Below are positions 57,144-64,000 of a stretch of 64,000 nt of DNA, piece after piece (within the stretch, counting starts at the first letter, position 1; each line of letters starts with the position of its first letter). Under the pieces are notes generated by a model. It had not been told where the DNA came from, searched no databases, and saw only the letters and a program-made list of their open reading frames with translations. The stretch comes from an uncultured Gammaproteobacteria bacterium. Lineage in GTDB: Bacteria > Patescibacteriota > Microgenomatia > JAMCZE01. The position numbers and the translations under genes are program-made. The stretch covers positions 809,890 to 873,889 of the forward strand of contig CAZXMM010000001.1 of NCBI GenBank assembly GCA_964641255.1, given 5' to 3'.

Positions 57144-58612
57144 AGATTTTTCTTAAGCTCTTTATGAATTTCTCTTCTGGCGGCGCTGGTAACCACATAT
57201 TTTAGCCAATCACTTTTGGGTTTACTCTTTTCCGAAACAAATATTTCACAAACGTCTCCTGACTTTAGCGAGTGGTCAAATCCAGTAGCCTTGCCATTGA
57301 CCCTAGCACCCATTGCCCGATGGCCCAGACTAGTATGGACACTATATGCAAAATCAATCGGCGTTGATCCGGCGGGTAAATCTTTAACATCTCCCTTGGG
57401 AGTAAAGACAAAAATCCGATCGGATAAGAAGTCCTTGCGTAAACCATCATAAAACTGCTTGTTGTCCTTGACTTCGTTATGCCAATCAGCGAGTTGCTTA
57501 ACCCAGGCCAATTTATGATTCGGGGCAACTACTCCGGCTTCTAGTTTCTCGTCAGCCACGCCTTGAGCTTTTAACTCGGCATAATAAAAATGGGAGGCTA
57601 CCCCTAATTCGGCCTCATAGTGCATAGCGTGAGTTCTAATTTGGATCTCAATGATTCTATCGTTGGGACCGTAGACCTTGACGTGAATTGACCGGTAACC
57701 ATTGGGCTTAGGGATCGCCACAAAATCAGAAATCGGTATCCAAGAAACCGGCTTAAATAAATGGTTGACTACACCTAAAGCGGTGTAACAATCAGGAATA
57801 GTGGCGACTAAAATTCTAAAGGCCGCCAAGTCATGAATTTTAGCTATATCTCGGTCATTTTCTGGTCGCAGCAGTTTGCGATACAAACTATAGAGATGCT
57901 TGCGGCGGGATTTAATCTCTGCCTTAACACCATGACTTTCTAGTCCACGATAGAGTTTAGTGTTAATTTCTTCGATGTGATTTTCAATGTTACTAAAAGC
58001 GGTGTCGGCCAGCTCTTTGACCCAGACATAATCGGCTGGATAGAGAAAAGAAAAGGCCAGATCTTCAAGCTCTGCCTTAGTCGCGCCCATTTGCAGTCGG
58101 TCAGCCAGGGGGGCATAGATTTCCAGAGTTTCCCGGGCAATCCTTAGCTGTTTATCGGGGGCGAGATAGTGTAGAGTTCTCATGTTATGGAGTCGGTCAG
58201 CCAGCTTGACAATCACCACCCGAATATCCCTGGCCATAGCGACAAACATTTTACGAAGATTCTCCACAAAGACTTCAGACTGACTATTGCCTAGTCTAAG
58301 CTTGCCCAGCTTGGTCACCCCCTCAACTAAAAAAGCCACGCTGCTGCCAAATTGCTCGGCTATATCCTCCCCCTTGGCCGCTCCGTCTTCAATAGAATCA
58401 TGCAGTAGCCCAGCAGCCACAGTGTCCGTATCCATTTTCCACTGAGCCAAAATTAGAGCGGTCTGCGCCACATGAGTGAAAAACGGCTCTCCGGATTTAC
58501 GTTTTTGACCGTCATGGGCCAGCTTGGCAAAATTGATTGCTTTTACTACCACAGCCCGGTCCAAATCGGGATTGGCTCCTAAAATGGCTTCAAGATATTC
58601 ATCAGTAATCAT
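57140..58612 (-). CDS. rel: RelA/SpoT homologue (HD-synthetase-TGS, no ACT domain)
   Basis: RKSGEP, HDSIED, KLADRLHN, NGYRSIH, EIQIRT, FTPKG..DFAY.VH. Confidence 0.93.
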   Translation of the reverse strand: MITDEYLEAILGANPDLDRAVVVKAINFAKLAHDGQKRKSGEPFFTHVAQTALILAQWKMDTDTVAAGLLHDSIEDGAAKGEDIAEQFGSSVAFLVEGVTKLGKLRLGNSQSEVFVENLRKMFVAMARDIRVVIVKLADRLHNMRTLHYLAPDKQLRIARETLEIYAPLADRLQMGATKAELEDLAFSFLYPADYVWVKELADTAFSNIENHIEEINTKLYRGLESHGVKAEIKSRRKHLYSLYRKLLRPENDRDIAKIHDLAAFRILVATIPDCYTALGVVNHLFKPVSWIPISDFVAIPKPNGYRSIHVKVYGPNDRIIEIQIRTHAMHYEAELGVASHFYYAELKAQGVADEKLEAGVVAPNHKLAWVKQLADWHNEVKDNKQFYDGLRKDFLSDRIFVFTPKGDVKDLPAGSTPIDFAYSVHTSLGHRAMGARVNGKATGFDHSLKSGDVCEIFVSEKSKPKSDWLKYVVTSAARREIHKELKKNL

Positions 58613-58620
58613 GTAAAGTC

Positions 58621-58647
58621 AAAATCCTCCCTTGACTGGGGAGGATT
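58621..58647 (-). terminator. Hairpin between the M20 gene and rel (terminator and/or SD-sequestering leader)
   Basis: AAUCCUCCC/GGGAGGAUU stem followed by UUG; contains GGAGG upstream of the rel ATG. Confidence 0.5.
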
Positions 58648-58676
58648 AAAAAAAATATGATTCTACGCCCTCCAGG

Positions 58677-59990
58677 CTATTTTACACTAAAAAACCGCTG
58701 ACTAAAATCTAGACCTTTTTCCAGGAGATCTTTTTTAAAGTTTTCCTCCACTCCGTGCATGTTGCAATCTTCATTGACTAGAGGAACTAACATAGTATCG
58801 GCTCCCAGCACTTGCTTGAAAGTAAAAACCACCGGAATGGCTCCCCCCACGTGCTTTAAGAGAGGGGGTTTGCCAAATGAGTCTTTGAGGTGTTTTTGTA
58901 CCTGAACAACTTTTGGCGCCGTGATGTCCACTTTGACGGGAAAATGTGGGCCGTGGAAAGAGATGGAACTATCGACATAGCTAGGCGTCACTGACTGAAC
59001 ATATTTTTTAAGCCTGGCCATTTCTTGTTCCGGATCTTGGTTGGGCACCAACCGAAAATTCAATCTGACTTCGGCTACGGCGGGAATGATATTGGCATAG
59101 CCCTCAGAAATATAGCCAGACTTAAAACCAGTCGCTTGTACTGACGGGCGCAGTCCAGTTTGGGAATAAAAATCCAAGCCGTCTTCGGTTAGTAATTTTT
59201 TAATTCCAGCAGAAGTAATAAAGTCTCCTGATTCTTTTAGCAGCCGCTGATTGTTTTTCTTTTGCTCCGGGGTCACTTTTTCCGCGTCGTCGTAAAACCC
59301 AGGAATAGTACACTGATTCTTAGAGTCATAGAGACCCGCAACGAAACTAGCCAACTCGTGAGTGGCATTGGGAATGGCACTACCAAAAATGCCCGAGTGC
59401 AAATTGGTATTGGCTGTTTTAAAAGTCACCGTCGCGTTAAAACCTCCGCGTAGCGACACTTCCAAAGCGGGGGTTTCCCCCACCATTTCACCGTCAGATA
59501 CCAACACGTGGTCTACTTTCAACTTAGCTTTATTCTTTTTAACCAGTTCATCAAGGTCCCCCCCGGCGGTTTCTTCGTCGCCCTCCAAGAGAAAGATCAC
59601 GTTATAGCCCAACCTATTTTTGGCTAGCAAATCAAAAACAGTAGCGATGTGGATTAGCACTTGACCCTTGTTGTCAATAATGCCGCGGGCAAAGAGCCGG
59701 TCGTTTGTTTCTCGAACCGTAAAAGGATCAGCTTTCCAACCATCTTCTTTCTCTGCAGGCTGTACATCATAGTGGCCATAAACTAGCACTGTTTCTTTTT
59801 GGCCGGCATTGTAGGAAGCAAAAACTACCGGATTGGCGCTGGAACGCCAGATTTCCACTTGAAAATTATGCTCGCTGAACAGTGTCTCCAGCCACGAGAC
59901 CGTCTTTTCAATTTCCCCCTTAAACTGCGGGTCGGTCGAAACGCTTTTAAAGGCGATGAATTCTGGTAACAGATCGCGATAGGTTTTCAT
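58677..59990 (-). CDS. M20/M25/M40 dipeptidase
   Basis: YGHYDVQP, ARG..DNKG, EGDEE, LHSG, N.H. Confidence 0.92.
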   Translation of the reverse strand: MKTYRDLLPEFIAFKSVSTDPQFKGEIEKTVSWLETLFSEHNFQVEIWRSSANPVVFASYNAGQKETVLVYGHYDVQPAEKEDGWKADPFTVRETNDRLFARGIIDNKGQVLIHIATVFDLLAKNRLGYNVIFLLEGDEETAGGDLDELVKKNKAKLKVDHVLVSDGEMVGETPALEVSLRGGFNATVTFKTANTNLHSGIFGSAIPNATHELASFVAGLYDSKNQCTIPGFYDDAEKVTPEQKKNNQRLLKESGDFITSAGIKKLLTEDGLDFYSQTGLRPSVQATGFKSGYISEGYANIIPAVAEVRLNFRLVPNQDPEQEMARLKKYVQSVTPSYVDSSISFHGPHFPVKVDITAPKVVQVQKHLKDSFGKPPLLKHVGGAIPVVFTFKQVLGADTMLVPLVNEDCNMHGVEENFKKDLLEKGLDFSQRFFSVK

Positions 59991-59993
59991 TAG

Positions 59994-60248
59994 TTACCTA
60001 TAATGAGCTGTTATGACTAAAATTTCAATAGCTTGCCTGTCCTCTCGCCAAATAAACAAGACCCGATACTTCCGATCAAGCCGAAAACTGTAAATTCCTT
60101 TGTCGGATGGCTCCAAAAGTTCCGTATGTAAACCTGGATGTCTAGGATTGTATTGAAAGAGTGCGATTTGTTTACTAAATTTCGACTGAAGATTGTGGTC
60201 GCGAAGATATTTTTCGCTTTCCGAGTTTAAGCGTAAAATTTTAAGCAT
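59994..60248 (-). CDS. RelE/YoeB-like toxin
   Basis: NPRHPGL.TE.L, YSFR..RKYR, HY C-terminus. Confidence 0.8.
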   Translation of the reverse strand: MLKILRLNSESEKYLRDHNLQSKFSKQIALFQYNPRHPGLHTELLEPSDKGIYSFRLDRKYRVLFIWREDRQAIEILVITAHYR

Positions 60249-60528
60249 TAAAGTAACTGCTTTGTTTTAAGCCCTTCTCCAAATCTTTTAAAAAGGCGGC
60301 TGAATATCTCTTGGTCTTTTTAAAATTGGCTAATACCTCCTTGCGGCTTTTAACTGATGGGGTAGAAAAAGGAAACCGCGCTACTTCAGCAATCTTAGCA
60401 GTATCACCTAGCACGTAGCGCAGCAGGGCACGAAAAAACTCGCTGCGGTTAGCAAAACCAAACTGAGTTTGCAAAACATCGACGTGTTTTACTTGATCGC
60501 TAGTGAGAGAAATATTAATGGTGCTCAT
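60241..60528 (-). CDS. Ribbon-helix-helix antitoxin
   Basis: TINISL...NRSEFFRALLR. Confidence 0.82.
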   Translation of the reverse strand: MSTINISLTSDQVKHVDVLQTQFGFANRSEFFRALLRYVLGDTAKIAEVARFPFSTPSVKSRKEVLANFKKTKRYSAAFLKDLEKGLKQSSYFNA

Positions 60529-60548
60529 GAAAGAATTTTAGCACACTT

Positions 60549-60563
60549 TGTCAAAGTTTGACA
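60549..60563. promoter_or_regulatory. Palindromic operator TGTCAAA-G-TTTGACA upstream of the RHH antitoxin
   Basis: 7-bp inverted repeat just upstream of -10 TAAAAT. Confidence 0.6.
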
Positions 60564-60567
60564 GGAA

Positions 60568-61986
60568 TCAGTAGGCTTGGGCAAAGAGCCAGCGATGGGT
60601 AGCTTCCTGGCCACAATAAATGCACACGCCCTTTTCCTCTTTGGAATCGAGTGGCAAACAACGAGTGGTCGCTTTGGTTTCGCCCTTTATTTTTTCCTCA
60701 CACCCGGGGTCCTCACACCAAAGCGCTAAAATAAATCCTTTTGGTCCCGCCATAATTTCTTTGAACTGGGCGTATTCATTAACTATATGGGTGTGGTCTT
60801 CAGTAAATTTCTGATGTCTGACCAAAAGATCATTTTGGACTCTTTCCAAAAGATCAGCAATTTCCTTGGCAAAACTCTGAACCGCAATTTGCAATGCTTC
60901 TCCAGTATCCCGCCTGACCACCTTGACACTTTGACTCGCTACTTCCTTATCTCCAATTTCCACCCGCAGTGGCACCCCCCTCACTTCCCATTTATTGAAT
61001 TTAAAACCAGTGGATTCTCCCTCTTTGGCATCAACTTCCACTCGGAGAGTTTTAATCTCGTTTGCCAATTTATAGGCCAGGGCGGCTGCACCCTCGGCAG
61101 TAGGAATCGGCACCAAGACCACTTGAATAGGAGCTATTCTTGGTGGCAACACGAGCCCATCATCATCACCATGAACCATGATGAGCGGGCCAATACTTCT
61201 AGTAGAGAATCCCCAACTATTTTGCCAGGGATAAATCTTGTCTTGATTTCTACCAGTCACAGTCCAGTCAAAGGCTTTAGCAAAATTTTGGCCCAAATCA
61301 TGCGAAGTGCAAGCCTGGAGCGCTTTACCGTCAGGCATCAGCATTTCGTAGGTATAGGTTTTAAGGGCTCCAGCAAATTTTTCGGATTCGCTCTTGACTC
61401 CCGGAATGCCGTAGAGCGACATAAGAGAACGATAAGTGTCGGTATAGAGATTTAGGGCCCAACGAACTACCCCCTCTGATTCTTCATGGGTTTCATGAGC
61501 ACAGTGGCCTTCTTGCCACAAAAATTCGCTGGTGCGCAAAAAAAGATACGTGCGCTTTTCCCACCGCACTACATTGTTCCACTGATTGATAAGGACTGGT
61601 AAATCTCGGTAACTCTGCGTCCACTGTTTATACATTTCATACATGATGGTTTCTGAGGTGGGACGAACAATCAATTTTTCTTTCAGTTCTTCATTACCAG
61701 CAATGGTCACAACCGCCACCTCTGGAGCAAAACCCTCTACGTGTTCTTTTTCTTTGTGAAGATAGGACTCAGGAATAAATAGTGGAAAGTACGCATTTTT
61801 GACTCCCCGCTCCTTAATCCTTGGATCCATAAACTGCTGAATTCCTTCCCATAAGGCATAACCGTAGGGACGAATGACCATACAGCCCCGAACCGGAGCG
61901 TAGTCAGCCAGTTCCGATTTCAAAACTACGTCTTGATACCAGTCCGACAGAACTTCAGATTTCTTAGCTAAAAACTTTTTTGCCAT
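60568..61986 (-). CDS. proS: Proline--tRNA ligase (archaeal/eukaryotic type)
   Basis: RPTSET, FLRTSEFLWQEGH, SHDLGQNF, C-terminal zinc domain ending AQAY. Confidence 0.97.
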   Translation of the reverse strand: MAKKFLAKKSEVLSDWYQDVVLKSELADYAPVRGCMVIRPYGYALWEGIQQFMDPRIKERGVKNAYFPLFIPESYLHKEKEHVEGFAPEVAVVTIAGNEELKEKLIVRPTSETIMYEMYKQWTQSYRDLPVLINQWNNVVRWEKRTYLFLRTSEFLWQEGHCAHETHEESEGVVRWALNLYTDTYRSLMSLYGIPGVKSESEKFAGALKTYTYEMLMPDGKALQACTSHDLGQNFAKAFDWTVTGRNQDKIYPWQNSWGFSTRSIGPLIMVHGDDDGLVLPPRIAPIQVVLVPIPTAEGAAALAYKLANEIKTLRVEVDAKEGESTGFKFNKWEVRGVPLRVEIGDKEVASQSVKVVRRDTGEALQIAVQSFAKEIADLLERVQNDLLVRHQKFTEDHTHIVNEYAQFKEIMAGPKGFILALWCEDPGCEEKIKGETKATTRCLPLDSKEEKGVCIYCGQEATHRWLFAQAY

Positions 61987-61989
61987 AGG

Positions 61990-62325
61990 TTAAAACAATT
62001 TCCCTCCAACTTCGGCCATCGCCTTGTCCGGGGTAATTAAAATACAATTATGCTCCCCGTCTGGAACACCTAGTGTCAACACTTCCGAAACAAATGGTCC
62101 AATTTGCCGTGGTGGAAAATTAACTACTCCTAATACTAGCTTACCAATAAGTTCTTCCTTTTTATAGTGATGAACCACCTGGACACTGGAGTACTTAAGG
62201 CCAATTTCTACGCCAAAATCGATAGTCAGTTTGTATGCTGGCTTCTTTGCTTCCGGAAAATCGTCTACAGCGGTGACTTTCCCAACTCTAATATCCAATT
62301 TTAGAAAATCATCAATTGTGGCCAT
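61990..62325 (-). CDS. csaA: tRNA-binding protein CsaA
   Basis: F.KLDIRVG, PAYKL.IDFG, VNFPPRQIG.F.SE.L.LG; start MATID at 62325. Confidence 0.88.
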   Translation of the reverse strand: MATIDDFLKLDIRVGKVTAVDDFPEAKKPAYKLTIDFGVEIGLKYSSVQVVHHYKKEELIGKLVLGVVNFPPRQIGPFVSEVLTLGVPDGEHNCILITPDKAMAEVGGKLF

Positions 62326-62374
62326 AATAAATCTAAATAAATAATTAATCCGACACTGACAAGTTTTTAGGCAT

Positions 62375-62570
62375 AAAAAAATCGCCTCCTCCAAAACCAT
62401 AATAATGGTTTGGAAGGGACGAATTATCGTGTTACCACCCTTCGTTTACAAAAACATTACTGTTTTTGTCTTAATAAGTGCTTTTAAAAACACACTCGGT
62501 CGAATTTACGGTTGACTTCCGTCCTGCTCGTCGCAGTCAGCTCCAGGGCGGGAAACCCCTTCATCGCTTT
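62375..62570 (-). ncRNA. T-box riboswitch (Pro, CCC specifier) with ultrashort stem I
   Basis: GCGAUGAAG...CCC-UGGAGC stem I with GA motif; stem II UGACU..AGUCA; antiterminator AAGGGUGGUAACACG...CGUCCCUU; terminator plus U7. Confidence 0.88.
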
Positions 62571-62575
62571 GATTT

Positions 62576-62603
62576 ATTTTAGACTCTCAGCTTTTTTTGT
62601 CAA
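62576..62603 (-). promoter_or_regulatory. Sigma70 promoter of the T-box leader
   Basis: TTGACA-16 nt-TAAAAT. Confidence 0.65.
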
Positions 62604-62782
62604 GCAGTCAGCTTTTCTAATTTCCTCGGCCTTTTATAAAGCCCATATTTCTTAGCGAGTAAAATCCCCGCTCTTTCCCTGACAACTGGCCAAGGAGTGT
62701 ATTCGATCTTACCTTTAGGATTTAAGGACCCAGCCAATTCATCGACTATATCCTTAACTGCAGGTTTAGTAGCCGTATACAT
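62600..62782 (-). CDS. Small hypothetical protein
   Basis: 60-aa ATG ORF 3 nt after the rseP stop. Confidence 0.4.
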   Translation of the reverse strand: MYTATKPAVKDIVDELAGSLNPKGKIEYTPWPVVRERAGILLAKKYGLYKRPRKLEKLTA

Positions 62783-62785
62783 AAA

Positions 62786-63937
62786 TTATTTCCTAATAAT
62801 CTTGGTTATGTCATTGTAGCTTATAACAACAATGAGAAGCAAAACTAGGACCATTCCTCCTTGGTTGATAAAGTTTTCGATTTTGGCTGGCACCCGGCGC
62901 TTAGTCAGAGCCTCAATAAGAAGAAATACTAGTCTCCCCCCGTCAAAAGCTGGAATGGGCAGAATATTCATAAAAGCCAATGATAAAGATAGTACCCCAA
63001 CCAGATTGATAAGAACGATGACACTTTGGATTCCCCCTAAACCTAGGATCTCTTCAATCAGTTTAAAGATAAAGATCGGGCCAGACACGGTATCAGTCAC
63101 TGGCCCCACATCACCTGACTCCTTAGCCATGGTTACAAAATGAGAAATGACACTAATGTTATAAACCAGAGTGTCGATGGAGAAAGTGACTCCTGATAAC
63201 GCCCTTTGGGCAGGAGTTTCAAATTTAATCTCATAAGCATCGCCAATTCCTACCCCAAGAGCCCCCTCATTGACTGGTGGATTGGACCGAGGCGTCACCA
63301 CCGCTGTTTTCTCTCCGGTAAAATCAAGCTTTTCAAACACTAAAGTTACCGGCTGCTCGACTCTGCTTTTGATGTAATTTTGAAATTCCGACACACTAGT
63401 AAACTTCTTCCCATCCGCTCTCACCAGCATATCCCCAGTAACAATTTTTGCACTATCCGCCGGACTACCCGGCTGGACACCGCTTACAACAATTCGAGTT
63501 TCGTAGCTACTGATAAAAGTGGACTCCGCCAGCTTGGGCAGCATTACCCTAAACCCAGATAAAGATAGGAACAGATAAAAAGCTCCGATTGCTAAAATAG
63601 CGTTCATAATCACCCCAGCGACTACCACCCCAATTCTGGCTCCCACCGGCGCTTTATAAAATTCCTTGCCTTTAGTAGCAATGACTTTGTCAGTTTTGCT
63701 CACTTCTCCCTCTTCCCCGAGCAGTCTGACAAAGCCACCAAACAAAAGCGGATAAAAAGACAACTGTAGTCCTCCTTTAAGACGCTTTTTCCACAGCGGC
63801 TTAGTAAAAGGTAGTCCCAGTGCAAACTCAACCGCGCTAATACCGGCTAACCTAGCAGCCAGAAAGTGGCCAAACTCGTGGATCATAACGAGAAGCGATA
63901 AAACTAAGAAAAAGGTGATTGCGGCTAAAACTAGCAT
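62786..63937 (-). CDS. rseP: RIP metalloprotease RseP (M50) with PDZ domain
   Basis: HEFGH, GGFV, AG..MN, NILPIPAFDGG. Confidence 0.93.
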   Translation of the reverse strand: MLVLAAITFFLVLSLLVMIHEFGHFLAARLAGISAVEFALGLPFTKPLWKKRLKGGLQLSFYPLLFGGFVRLLGEEGEVSKTDKVIATKGKEFYKAPVGARIGVVVAGVIMNAILAIGAFYLFLSLSGFRVMLPKLAESTFISSYETRIVVSGVQPGSPADSAKIVTGDMLVRADGKKFTSVSEFQNYIKSRVEQPVTLVFEKLDFTGEKTAVVTPRSNPPVNEGALGVGIGDAYEIKFETPAQRALSGVTFSIDTLVYNISVISHFVTMAKESGDVGPVTDTVSGPIFIFKLIEEILGLGGIQSVIVLINLVGVLSLSLAFMNILPIPAFDGGRLVFLLIEALTKRRVPAKIENFINQGGMVLVLLLIVVISYNDITKIIRK

Positions 63938-63961
63938 AGGCAGCCCAAAAATTTACTACTT

Positions 63962-64000
63962 TTAAAGAGTGAGGAGTTCCTTTTCTTTTTCCAGCACCAG
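63962..64000 (-). CDS. frr: C-terminal end of ribosome recycling factor (partial)
   Basis: LVLEKEKELLTL-stop matches the RRF C-terminus; frr-rseP-proS synteny. Confidence 0.65.
   Translation of the reverse strand: MVLEKEKELLTL

Noticed and set aside
60787-61455. 222-aa plus-strand ORF and the many other antisense or nested ORFs in the track
   Set aside because: They are shadows of well-supported genes (here proS) with no recognisable motifs.
62326-62400. N-terminal extension of CsaA
   Set aside because: It lies within the T-box terminator; the domain begins at MATID.
1-64000. Alternative genetic code (TGA=Gly), prophage, IS elements or rRNA
   Set aside because: Conserved genes are full length with TGA used as stop; no transposase, integrase, phage structural or rRNA sequence was recognised.

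Overview
A 64 kb chromosomal segment using genetic code 11. The organism is inferred to be a Patescibacteria/CPR bacterium, most likely Microgenomates, from the compact housekeeping genes, archaeal/eukaryotic-type ProRS, short Rel enzyme and near-leaderless promoters. Core genes are lgt, efp, tRNA-Leu(CAA), dnaB, hisS, rpmE, prfA, rpsF-ssb-rpsR, ychF, cysS, recR-ybaB-dnaX-ybeY-yqeY-rpsU, rel, proS, rseP and frr. Accessory content includes three toxin-antitoxin pairs, a short gene-cassette array separated by ~28-bp direct repeats (16-19 kb), and an Erm-like methylase (frameshifted) plus ABC-F ribosome-protection operon. The most notable signal is invisible in the ORF track: a set of translation-sensing leaders. 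These are a Cys-Cys leader-peptide attenuator before cysS, a pheL-like leader (FFSFYF) before an orphan gene and an aminopeptidase, an Ile/Phe/Leu leader (IIFFILLI) before a putative BshC-like ligase + PIG-L deacetylase + glycosyltransferase operon, an MTTSLK attenuator before erm/ABC-F, and a Pro T-box with ultrashort stem I before csaA-proS. The attenuator-controlled BshC-like/deacetylase/GT operon and its Phe-controlled neighbour are the best candidates for an undescribed system. All family assignments come from reading motifs by eye; no database search was run.
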